Origin: an uncultured Actinomycetes bacterium
GTDB lineage: Bacteria; Actinomycetota; UBA4738; HRBIN12
Length of the DNA stretch: 64,000 nucleotides
Reading direction: 5' to 3'
Assembly: GCA_963751665.1 (NCBI GenBank)
Contig: CAVVVF010000009.1
Span: 107,344 to 171,343 of the forward strand
The notes below the pieces were generated by a model, which did no database searches, was not told the origin of the DNA, and was given only the letters and a program-made list of their open reading frames with translations. The position numbers and the translations under genes were made by a program. Below are positions 44,104 to 53,972 of the stretch, piece after piece (within the stretch, counting starts at the first letter, position 1; every line of letters starts with the position of its first letter).

Positions 44104-44143
44104 CGTGTCTCCCCCCCGATCGGATGCTGAATGTATACGCAGG

Positions 44144-44232
44144 TGGCGGAGGCGAAGGTTACAGCGTACGAACCGGGTGAGCCCGGCCCAGAGCTCTGGG
44201 TGGGGGGCCATTCGTGGGGCCGAGTGGCCTGA
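44144..44232 (+). repeat. 90-nt module copy R1 (89 nt, 1-nt deletion relative to R2)
   Basis: TGGCGGAGGCGAAGGTTACAGCGTACGAACC..TGGGTG..TGGGGCCGAGTGGCCTGA. About 87% identical to R2 by hand count. Confidence 0.8.
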
Positions 44233-44350
44233 GAGGGTTGCCGCTCTCACCAAAGGGTTAGGCGGGTGAGCGGCCCCATGAGGTTTCCATCAGGCGGACA
44301 CCAACCCCGAAGGATAGTGCACGCCCTTCGTGGACGAGAGGTCGATATGG

Positions 44351-44386
44351 AGCATGCCGCCGCAGTCAGGACGACGGCGGCATGCT
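44351..44386 (-). terminator. 12-bp hairpin downstream of the DsrE-like gene
   Basis: AGCATGCCGCCG, a 12-nt loop, then CGGCGGCATGCT. No U-tract. Confidence 0.3.
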
Positions 44387-44424
44387 GGCAAGGGCGGGTT
44401 GAGGACGCATCAGCCCAGCTGCCA

Positions 44425-44790
44425 TCAGGCGAACGCCACCGCCTTCGCGCCCGCCACGATCTCCTCGACGACCTTTGCGGCTCCAACGATCGTGGCTCCC
44501 TTGACCACGTGGTCCTCCGTGATCCCCCGTGGCTTGGTGCAGGCCCCGCACAGCCAGACCTGCCCTCCGTTCTCGATGAACTCCGTGTACAGGTCCGCCA
44601 AGACCGGCAGCCCCTCGTACGCGATTCCATCGGTGCCGCCCTGGGCCCCCAACCAGACCGCGTCGATCGTGCAGAGCACCACCGCCTCCTGCCCCGCTGT
44701 GGCGGCCACGTTCGCGGCCACGAAGGGCAGCGTCGCCCGCTCTGGGTCTTCCTTACCGTGCGTGCAGGTGAAGATCAGCTTCTCGCTCAT
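44425..44790 (-). CDS. DsrE/DsrF-family sulfur-relay-like protein
   Basis: MSEKLIFTCTHGKEDPERATLPFVAANVAA..VWLCGACTKPRG... Confidence 0.75.
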   Translation of the reverse strand: MSEKLIFTCTHGKEDPERATLPFVAANVAATAGQEAVVLCTIDAVWLGAQGGTDGIAYEGLPVLADLYTEFIENGGQVWLCGACTKPRGITEDHVVKGATIVGAAKVVEEIVAGAKAVAFA

Positions 44791-45399
44791 TTCACTCGCT
44801 CCACTGTGATCTGGAGCCGCCCGTCATCGAGCGACTCGACCGAACGAACCGTGTTGCCCAGCAGCCGTGCCAGGGGAGGGAGCTCCTCCTTCGCGGCCGG
44901 ATCCCGGGTCGCCACGACAAGCGCGTCACCCACCGGGATGGCCCGGATGCGGCGCCGGAACTCCTGAGCCAGCCCATCCGCGCAGCCCAGCTCGCCGGCG
45001 TCGAAGCGGTGGACGTCCCCGGCCTCGGGTTCGGCGACCGGTCGGAACCCCGAACACACCAGGTCGATCCGCTCGATCCGCCCATCGTCGACGTCACAGA
45101 AGGCCTAGCTGTTCGATGACCGCCCAGCCCTCCTCGTCGTGCAGACGGAACCGATAGCTGATCCGGAGGCGGTCGGCCACGTCCTCCGCGCCGCTCCCCT
45201 CGACCTCGAATGCGTCGGGCTCCTCGAACCAGCTTCTGAGCTGATCCGTGACCGCGGCGGCGCCGCTCAGCTCGCGAAGGCCGCCCGGCAGCAGCCCACG
45301 GAACCGGATATCCGGATCAAGGCTCGCCTCTACTCCCTCGAAATCGCGCGACGTGAGCGCCTCCAGGAACGCCTTGCCCGGGATCTGCTGCCCCTCCAC
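44787..45399 (-). CDS. NTF2/SnoaL-like domain joined to a TusA-like domain (frame change near 45100)
   Basis: ..FLEALTSRDFEGVEASLDPDIRFRGLLPGG..GWAVIEQ / ..AFCDVDDGRIERIDLVCSGF.., then ..FDAGELGCADGLAQEFRRRIRAIPVGDALVVATRDPAAKEELPPLARLLG... Confidence 0.55.
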
Positions 45400-45513
45400 T
45401 CCTCTTCACCTCCTCCCTCGTCGTGACAGACGTGACGTTAGGTCGGTGAGAAGCATCGAGGAACGGCGAGATTGCCGTATTTCCGGGGTTCCGCCCCCGA
45501 ATCTCCGAAGCCC

Positions 45514-48395
45514 CTACCCGGCCGCGGGCTCCAGAAGACCGAGCTCCTCCGCCTTCCGCACCGCCTCGAGGCGCGATCGGCAGCCGAGCTTGGCGAGGAT
45601 GTTGCGGACGTGCATGTCGACGGTCCTGGCGCTGAGGAATAGCTCGCGCCCGATCTCCCGATTGGTCCGGCCCAGCTCGAGCAGACGAATCGACCTCCAG
45701 CTCGCGCCTGGAGAGTCCACCTCGCTCCAGGTCTGCGAGAGCCCTCCGGCCGAGCCGCCGCTCCACCTTCTCTCCCAGTGACGCCAGCTCCTCGACCGCA
45801 CGGGCCGCGAGGGGTCGGGCCTTCAGCTTTCGGGCCGCCCGGTATGCGGACACCAAGTGCTCGATCCCACGGTCGCGTCTTCCGGCGGCGACGAGCGCCA
45901 CAGCCGCCCGCACTTGTATCTCCGCACGATCGTGCGGAACGGTGAGCCCGGAGAGAGCGTCGAGAGCCCGCTCGAAGTGGCCCGTGGCACGCTCCCCGTC
46001 GTCCTCCATGAGCGCGATCTCGCCCAGGGCGTGGGCGAGCGCTGCAACGGTCTCCGACGTGCCACCGGTGGCGGCCATGCTGGACAGCAGCTCCGCGCAC
46101 GCGGCGGCTTGGGCCTGCTCGCCTCGTCGAGCGAAGAACGTCGTCGCCCAGCGGAGCGCTTGGCACGGAATAGTGTCGCTCCTCCTTGGCCCAGCACCGC
46201 TCCACCAGTTCGGTGGCTCGCTGTGCGGCCGAGACGTCCTTCCCTTCCAGGTCATCCAACCGGGAGAGTCCGAGTAGACCGTGGATCTCCATCGGGAAGA
46301 GCTCGCTGGCCCGACCGAAGGCAAGCGCGGAGGCGAGCAGCCGGCGAGCGGACTCCGTCTCGCCGCGCAGCGCGTGGATCATCCCGAGCTCCACCATCGC
46401 CGCGTGGCGGGCCACCGGTGGCGCCTGGGCTTCATTCAGAACCTGTCGGCATACGGCGACCGCTCGATCCCACTGGCCGATGTGCATGAGGACCGGGGAA
46501 AGGCAGGCGAAACACACCTGAGCCGCGTCTCGGAGGTCCTTCGCCTGACAGAACTGGAAGGCCGCGGTGTACGCATCGATGGCCGCCGGGTAGTCTGGCG
46601 AGTTCTCGAGCGCGTCCGCCATCAGGAAGTAGGCCTGGGCCGCCACCCCGGGCAGGTCATGTGCGAGGGCCAGCGAAAGACCCTCGCGGCAAAGCTCCAC
46701 ACCTGCGCGACCTTGCCCGAGCTTGGCCCGCACGCCACCCTCGATCGCTAGGGAGAGTGCCCTCAGGTCCGGACGGCCGGCTCGCTCGACCTCTGAAGCA
46801 GCGACGGTGATCAGATGGAGTGCGGCGGTCAGATCGCCGGCCGATCGGAGATGAGAGGCAGTGGCCAGGCGCTCTGAAGCAGCCTCGCCGGGTAGGCCTG
46901 CCCGCGCGAACTCCTCGGCCGCGCTCGCGCGCGCCGCAAGCGCCCGCTCCCAGTTGGCCTGGAGCTCATAGAGGCTTGCAAGGCGGCGTTCTGCCTCCGC
47001 AAGGGCTTTGCTGTCGCGAGTGGCCCGGCGGCCCTCCGCGACTTCCTCATACGCCCGAATAGCCTGGGAAAGCTCGCCGCACAACTCCGCGCACTGCCCC
47101 AGGCGCTCCACTGCGGCAAGCCGTCCGGGCTCGTCCTCACCTTCGGGCCAGACTTCGAGCGCCCGGCGAAGGGCGCGAGCCGCCTCCCGGTAGCCATGAA
47201 GGGCGAAGAACGATTCGGCGGCGGCGAGGAGCATCGGTCGGGCCCGACGGGGTTCCCGAGCGGCCACCCAATGCTCGGCGATCGCCCCAGGCGGCGCGCC
47301 CAGAGCCTCGAGGCGTTCGCCGAGCAGACGATGGTGAGCGCGCCTTCTCGTCCAGGGAATATCCCGGTACAGCGCCTCTCGAACCAGGTCATGGTGAAAG
47401 GCCGCGGCCCGGTCGAGCGTCTCGACAAGGAGTCCTGCCTCGATCAGCTCCTCGAGGTCATCGTCATCCACAAGGTCGTTGAGGACATCCGGATCGACGT
47501 GAGTCCCCGACGCCGCGGCGAGCTCCAGAGCCCTCCGGCCTCCCTCAGAGATCCCATCGGTCAGCAGGAGGACCGCGTCCCTGATCGTTTGAGGGAGCGG
47601 CACGTCCTCCGCCGAACGGAGATCCACGACCTCGCCCCCGTCTCGAAGTCGTCGGGTGGAGGCGAGGGCGGCCGTGAGCTCCTCGATGAAGAACGGAAGG
47701 CCCTCGGTGCGCTCGTAGACGGCAGTCGCCAGGGCGCTAGTGGGAGCCTTTCCGAGGATGCGGGCCACCAGCTCCGCTGTGTGCGACGCGTCGAGGGAGT
47801 GGAGGAGCACCTCCCGGAATCTGTTCGCTCGCCGCAACTCGGCGCGAAGCCGGCGCAGCGGATGCCCCCGAGGGATCTGGTCGGTTCGATAGGCGGCCAG
47901 GACGAGCAGTCGCTCGTCCTCGAGCGAGACCGACAGCCCGTCGAGCAGGTCGAGGGTTGCCTCGTCGGCCCGATGCAGATCATCGAGGAACACCACCGAC
48001 GCGTCGCGGCGGCCGATCTCGTGGAAGGCCCGCCGGATGGATTCCACCAACGTTTGCATGTCCGGCCGTTCCGGCGCCGAGCCGAGCTCGGGAAGAAGCA
48101 GCCCGAGGTAACGTTCGAGGGGTCCAACGCCCCGCAGGCCGTCGGGCACGGCCCGCAGGTACGCACGCAGCACGCCGACGATCGGTCCGTAGGGCGTGCC
48201 TTCCGGCGGGGCCGACCCTCGCAGAACGAAGAGCTCGCTGCGGGCGAGAACTTCGTCGGCAAGTCTGGTCTTCCCCACTCCTGGCTCGCCCGCGATCAGG
48301 ACGAGCCCGCCCTTGCCACTCCGAACCTCGGCCAGGACATCCGTCAGCATCGAAAGCTCTGCTTCCCGGCCGATCAGCTCGACCTCGTAGGCCAT
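45514..48395 (-). CDS. LAL-type regulator (ATPase + TPR + LuxR HTH), about 3 frame changes near the 3' end
   Basis: Walker A GEPGVGKTRL, ..VVFLDDLHRADE.., a long TPR-like region, and C-terminal ..LELGRTNREIGRELFLSARTVDMHVRNILAKLGC... Confidence 0.75.
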
Positions 48396-48512
48396 AGGGG
48401 CAGTGTATGGATGCCACGAACTCCCCGGCCAGGGCCGACGCGTCCTGGATCGGACCGATAGCACGAACCCAATCGGGGCTCCGGGCTCTCGGACGCATGT
48501 GCCTCCTACGCG

Positions 48513-48858
48513 GTGAACTTCCCGGAGGCGCGAACGACGCTTGAGGCGGAAGGTGATGCCCTGGAGGCGGAGCGAGATCTGGCACCGTCGTCCCCTTCGG
48601 CTTCGCTCCTCGGGGACATCCGGGGAAGAGTGGCTGAGGCGGTCGCGGCCAGCGGGCCGGAGCAGGTCAAAGAGCTCCTCGCTGCCGTTGTCAGCTCTGT
48701 CGTCGTGGAGTCACGCGCATCGATCCAGCCGTCCTTTCGTCGCGCCCGGTGTTCGTACTCTGGAACCTTCGCGGAGGCGAAGGGAACACTGTAAGAACCC
48801 AAACGCCCCAGGTCGGAGTGTGTGGGTGAGCGCCCGAGGGTGGGGTCCGCTCGGTTGA
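48513..48858 (+). pseudogene. 3' relic of a serine-recombinase-like gene (contains module copy R3)
   Basis: ..LEAEGDALEAERDLAP..RGRVAEAVAASGPEQVKELLAAVVSSVVVESRASIQPSFRR.. resembles the coiled-coil and C-terminal tail of large serine recombinases. There is no catalytic N-terminus and no start. Confidence 0.4.
48769..48858 (+). repeat. 90-nt module copy R3
   Basis: TCGCGGAGGCGAAGGGAACACTGTAAGAACC..TGGGTGAGC..TGGGGTCCGCTCGGTTGA. 64/90 identical to R4 by hand count. Confidence 0.8.
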
Positions 48859-48932
48859 CCGTTCGGCCGAGCTGACACCGGCTCTGGGGGAAGCCACCGA
48901 GCGGATCAGTGTTCGGCCTCGTATCGCAAGGA

Positions 48933-51412
48933 TCAAGCCTGCGTCTCGCCTGCATTCGTGACCAGGTTGATCAGCCGGTCAGGAACGAAGATCACCTTCC
49001 TCGGATCGCGATCCATGAGGTGGCGGCGAACCTTCTCCCTGCCCTTCGCTCGCTCGAGCGCGTGCTCCTTGCCGAGCCCGGCGGGCACTTGGATCCTGTC
49101 GCGGGTCTTGCCGTCGACCTGGATCACCAGTGTCACCTGAGCGTCGACAAGCGCGCGCCGGTCGAAGGCCGGCCAGCGCTGTTGGTGAACCGAGTACTCA
49201 CCGCCGATCCTCGACCAGAGCTCCTCCGCGAGGTGCGGGGCGAGCGGTGCTAGGAGCAGTACGAGCGAGCTTGAGACCCTGGCCCACTCCTTGCTCGACA
49301 TCTTGTCGCGCTCTCGCCGAGCCCATCGGCCAAGCTCCATGAGCGAGGCGATCGCGGTGTTGAACCTCATCTCCCCTAGGTCGCTCGCCGATCGCCGCGA
49401 TGGCTCGGTCCACCTGGCGAAGATCCACCCCGCCGCCTCCTGGTTCGTGAGGCTCAGTCACGAGGCGCCAGGCGCGTCGGAGGAATCGCTCGATGCCGGC
49501 GATGCCAGCGTCCGAGAAATCGCCGCCCTCATCCCACGGTCCGATGAATAGCAGGTACATCCGGGTGACGTCGGCGCCGTGCTCGGCGATATAGCGATCG
49601 GGGTTCACGACGTTCCCCCGACTCTTGCTCATCTTTGCGCCGTCTTTGGTGAGCATCCCGTGGAGCCGAAGGTGCGGGAACGGCTCCGCGAAGGGCACCA
49701 GCCCGAGGTCGTTGAGGGCGTGGGTTACGAACCGCGCGTACAGATGATGTCGCATGACATGCTCGGGCCCGCCCGCGTAGGAGTCCACGGGCAGCATCCG
49801 CTCGGTCCGGTTCGGGTCCCACGCTCGATCATGAACGTCACTCGAGGGATACCGCAGGAAGTACCAGGCAGAGTCAAAGAAGGTGTCGGAGACGTCGGTC
49901 TCGCGCCTCGCGGATCCGCCGCAGGAGGGGCAGTCGGTGCGCACGAAGGACTCGGCGCTGGCGAGAGGCGAGACGCCGGTGCCGGTCGGCCGGAAGTCGT
50001 CGACGTGGGGAAGGACGACGGGGAGCTCATCCTCCGGAACCGGCACCGTGCCGCAGTCGGGGCAGTACACGATCGGGATAGGAGGTCCCCAGTAGCGTTG
50101 CCGCGAGATCAGCCAGTCCCTGAGCCGGTACCTGACGACACTCCGGCCGGAACCGCGTGCCTCGAGCCATCCGGCGATCGCATCGCGAGCCGTTTCGGAG
50201 GGCATACCGGAGAACGGACCGGACTCGATCAGCACGCCCTCGCCGGTCCAGGGCCCGTCCCCTCGGGCTTTCGCATCCACGGGTGGCCGGATCACCTTGA
50301 CGACTGGGAGGCCGCTCATCGCCGCGAACTGGAAGTCACGCACGTCGTGCGCCGGCACGCCCATCACGGCACCGGTGCCGTAGGCCGCAACCACGTAGTC
50401 GGCGACGTAGATCGGAACTCGGTCTCCGGTGGCGGGATGGACGGCGTACGACCCTGTGAACGCGCCTCGTTGTGGAGGAAGCCCCGCCGCGCCGCTGCGC
50501 CCGAAGGCCGAGACACGGTCGCGCAGGGCCTCCTCGACGAATCGGCGAACGTCCGGCTCCATACCGGTTCCGCTCGTGAGCGCGTTGAGGTCCGGATGCT
50601 CGGGGGGCAGAACCAGAAACGTCACGCCGAACAACGTGTCCGGCCTGGTCGTGAACGCGCGAAGGTGGAGTCCTGGGTCCGGGACCTCGAAATCGATCTC
50701 GACACCTTCGGTCCGCCCGATCCACTCGCGCTGTGCATTCTTGGCCGACTCGGGCCAGTCGATGTGGTCCAGGCCTCGGAGTAGCTCCTCTGCATACGCG
50801 GTGATCCTCAGGAACCACTGCTGCATGATCCGCTGCACAACGCGGGTTCCGCAGCGCTCACAGCGGTCGCCCTCGAGCTGTTCGTTCGCGAGCACCGTCA
50901 GACAGGATGGACACCACACGACCGAGGCCTTGCGACGGACCGCCAGCCCCGCCCGGTACAACTTGACGAAGAGCCACTGCGTCCACCGGTAATAGGAGGG
51001 GTCGCTAGTCACGATCTCGCGGCTCCAGTCCCATGCCGCACCCAGGGATCCGAGCTGCCGCCGGTAGTTGGTGATCGTGCGTCTCGGTCAAGGTGCCGGG
51101 GTTCTCGCCGACCCTGAGGGCGTAGTTCTCGGTGTGGATCCCGAAGGAGTCAAAGCCGATCGGTTGGAAGACCTCCCGGCCCCGCATCTTCAGGTAGCGA
51201 CCGTAGGTGTCGGCCCCCGAATACGTGTATGCATGCCCGACGTGGAGACCCTCGGCTGAGGGGTATGGGAACTCGACGAGGTTGTAGAACTTGCGATCCG
51301 GTGGAACGTGCTCGACGTCGATCTCCCACAAACGAGTCGCGGCCCAGCGGGCCTGCCACCTCGACTCGATCGCTGACGGATCGTACCCGTCGTCCTCTGA
51401 TGGTGCGGTCAT
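48933..51412 (-). CDS. leuS: Leucyl-tRNA synthetase (frame changes near 51085 and 49385)
   Basis: ..FPYPSAEGLHVGHAYTYSGADTYGRY.. (HIGH-type), ..CERCGTRV.., ..KMSKSRGN.. (KMSKS), and C-terminal ..VTLVIQVDGKTRDRIQV... Confidence 0.9.
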
Positions 51413-51765
51413 GTGTGGGCCTCCCTGTCCTCAGGGTGATCGGGTGCACGCGATGAACGGCGCGGGGCCGCTGTGTCTACCCGGCGGAAGAGAGCTGACG
51501 GCTCCGAGGGAGACAGCCGAGGATGCCGCGAGCGCTTGACCGCGCTCGCGGCTACGTAAGGACGAGGGTCGCTCGACCGACCGCTCTGGTCACGCCAACA
51601 TTATGCGCTGCCGCGTCGCTGGGGGTCGGGCGTCTGATGCGAGGACAGAAGACCCTTGCCTATCGGCCTCAGGTCGCCGTCCAGGGTCTTCGGCTCAGCG
51701 ATCGGGCCCGCGCCCCGGTTCTTACAACTGTTCCCTTCGCTCGCGCGTTTCCGCTGGTCACGGCG

Positions 51766-51855
51766 TGGCGGAGGCGAAGGTTACAGCGTACGAACCGCGG
51801 TGAGCCTGGCCCGGAGCTTTGGGTGAGCACGCGTTCCTGGGGCCGAGTGGCTTGA
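51766..51855 (+). repeat. 90-nt module copy R2
   Basis: TGGCGGAGGCGAAGGTTACAGCGTACGAACCGCGGTGAGCC..TGGGTGAGC..TGGGGCCGAGTGGCTTGA. Confidence 0.8.
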
Positions 51856-52119
51856 GACATGGCCCGATTCTTCGCCGGCGGTCATGCGGCCGGAGCCGTG
51901 GGCGTAAAGGATCCGTGGGGATCCTGTCGCGGCCGAGTTGTCTCGCGACCGAGCCGTGCCGCTCCTTGCTTGACGATTCACGATCCGCCAACTGGCGGAG
52001 TCGGGCGGGTAGGCTTTACACCCTTCCTGACCTGGAGAGAGAGTGCGCCAGGCTTATCGAACTCGGCTCCCGGTCCGCCGTGGCCAGTCCGACTACTCAG
52101 GCCGACGCCGGCGGCTACG

Positions 52120-52932
52120 ATGCGCACGAAGGAGGGGCGCTCGATAAGGTACGCGGACGCAGGTGGTGTACGGATCGCGTACGACGACCAGGGACCCCGC
52201 GTCGATACGGCCGTGCTCTGCCTGACGGGGTGGTGGATGAATCGGGGTTTCTACGCCCCGCTCGCGGAGCGCCTGAGCGCTCGACACAGGGTGATCACGC
52301 TGGACTGGCGCGGGCACGGGGACTCCGGTCGACCACCCCAGGACTTCGGCCATGGGGAGCTGGCCGATGACGCGATGGCCGTCATCGAGGCGAGCGGCGC
52401 CCGCCGCGTTGTGCCGGTGACTCAGGCGCACGGCGGCTGGGCGGCGATCGAGCTCCGCCGCCGCCTCGGTGACCGGGTGGAGAAGATCGTCGCGTCAAGC
52501 TGGCTCGTGCTCGATCCGCCGCCGCAGTTCGCTGCCGTGCTGGAGGCGCTTCAGGACAAGGTGCGGTGGCGTGAGGCTCGCGAGCAGCTCTACTCGATGT
52601 GGTTGACGGGTGCTCCGGAGGGCGTCGTAGAAGAAATACGCCGGGAGATGGACGTCTACGACTTCGACATGTGCTCGCGGGCGGCGCGCGCGATCACGGC
52701 CGACTACGCGCAGTATGGAAACCCGCTGCGCACGCTCTCGGAGATCGATCCGAAGCCGAACACCCTGCACGTGTTCGCGCAGCCGCGCGCCCCCGAGTTC
52801 CTCGCAGCGCAGGAGGCCTTTTCGGCCGCGAACCCATGGTTCTCGGTCAAGCGCCTCGATGGGGTGAGCCACTTCCCGCCGCTCGAGCTGCCGGACGTGA
52901 CGGCGGCCGAGATCGAGCGCTTCATCGGATAG
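52120..52932 (+). CDS. Alpha/beta hydrolase
   Basis: ..LCLTGWW..LDWRGHGDS..VTQAHGGWAAIEL..GVSHFP... Confidence 0.8.
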   Translation: MRTKEGRSIRYADAGGVRIAYDDQGPRVDTAVLCLTGWWMNRGFYAPLAERLSARHRVITLDWRGHGDSGRPPQDFGHGELADDAMAVIEASGARRVVPVTQAHGGWAAIELRRRLGDRVEKIVASSWLVLDPPPQFAAVLEALQDKVRWREAREQLYSMWLTGAPEGVVEEIRREMDVYDFDMCSRAARAITADYAQYGNPLRTLSEIDPKPNTLHVFAQPRAPEFLAAQEAFSAANPWFSVKRLDGVSHFPPLELPDVTAAEIERFIG

Positions 52933-52989
52933 GGCGGAGCTTATTACGGCCTTGGCTCCCTCTACCTCCTGAATTAGATTCCTGTCATT

Positions 52990-53079
52990 CAGCGGAGGCG
53001 AAGGGAACACAATAAGAACCACGTAGCTCCGGGTCAGGGGGTGTGGGTGACCGCGAACGAGTGGGGTCGAGTGGCTTAG
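52990..53079 (+). repeat. 90-nt module copy R4
   Basis: CAGCGGAGGCGAAGGGAACACAATAAGAACC..TGGGTGACC..TGGGGTCGAGTGGCTTAG. Confidence 0.8.
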
Positions 53080-53586
53080 CTGGTTCCTGGAAAGCCCCCG
53101 CCTCTTCTGCCCAGACGAGCCAGGCGCCTCGATTTCTTGCGATTTCCCCTCCTCCACCTCCCTCTGTCCTCCCTCCGGCCTCGCCGTTTCCTGCCCGATC
53201 TCTCCCCCAGGAGACCCAAGACCAGCGGCTATGGACTAGAAGGAAGAGGGGTCCAGGACTCGCTGAAGCCGGCCGGGGGGAGACGTGGCGCCGTTGCACC
53301 CTCGCGCGCCTCGGGTGCGGACATATACGCTCGCCTCCCGCTCGATCCTGGCGACCACCAAGTCTTGTCCTGGGACCGGACTGTCAACCACGTCCTGGTA
53401 CCAGACAACGACCTCAGGCTCTGCACTGCCGAATTTGGCTCTACAGGATCAAGGGCGCCGGCTCACGCCGGCGCCAGCGGCCGGCTTACCCTCCGCTCCG
53501 AGCCTCCGGCCCTCCGACGGCGGCCGCCGACCGCGGCGGCGACGTCGGCTGGACGCTGGGCGCCTCACCGCGCAGCGAGCGCCTGC

Positions 53587-53617
53587 CAGACCCCCGTTAC
53601 GACGTAACGGGGGTCTG
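53587..53617 (-). terminator. Perfect 14-bp hairpin just downstream of the oxidoreductase fragment
   Basis: CAGACCCCCGTTAC gac GTAACGGGGGTCTG. No U-tract. Confidence 0.35.
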
Positions 53618-53631
53618 CTGTCTGCGGGTCG

Positions 53632-53936
53632 TTATGGACGAACGCTGATGATCGTCTTCCCCTTGTGTCGCTCGGTCGGGTTGAGGGCCGCAACGGCATC
53701 GTCGAGGGTCGCGACGTTGCCGATGTTCGTCCGCAGCCGTCCGTCACGCACCCGCCGGACGATCTCACTCAGTTGGACGCGATCGGACTCGACAACAAAG
53801 TCGATCGCCAGGCCGTCCGCGGGCCGCGCCTCGGGCGGCCCGACAACGGTCACCAGCGTTCCTCCGGCTCGAACCAGACCCGCGGACCGCTTCTGGATGT
53901 CGCCACCGATGACATCGAAAACCAGATCGACTCCGC
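53632..53936 (-). pseudogene. 3' fragment of an MDR-family (quinone-oxidoreductase-like) NAD(P)-dependent oxidoreductase
   Basis: ..GVDLVFDVIGGDIQKRSAGLVRAGGTLVTVVGPP..IDFVVESDRVQLSEIVRRVRDGRLRTNIG..GKTIISVRP. The N-terminal ~200 aa (GroES-like domain and GxGxxG) are absent. Confidence 0.6.
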
Positions 53937-53972
53937 GCTCCAGGGTATGCGGTCTTGAAGAACTTCTTCGCC

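Noticed and set aside
51413-51700. T-box riboswitch in the leuS leader.
   Set aside because: I could not find the T-box sequence (..GGTGGTACCGCG-like), an AGAGA/GNUGNGA stem I pattern or a specifier-loop arrangement. Only a simple hairpin is present.
44144-53079. The 90-nt modules as tRNA/tmRNA genes or a CRISPR array.
   Set aside because: TGG-CGGAGGC-GAAGG superficially resembles a reverse-complemented CCA/acceptor/T-stem, but no T-loop or complementary T-stem follows and no cloverleaf can be drawn. The copies are kilobases apart with ordinary genes between them and there are no cas genes, so this is not a CRISPR array.
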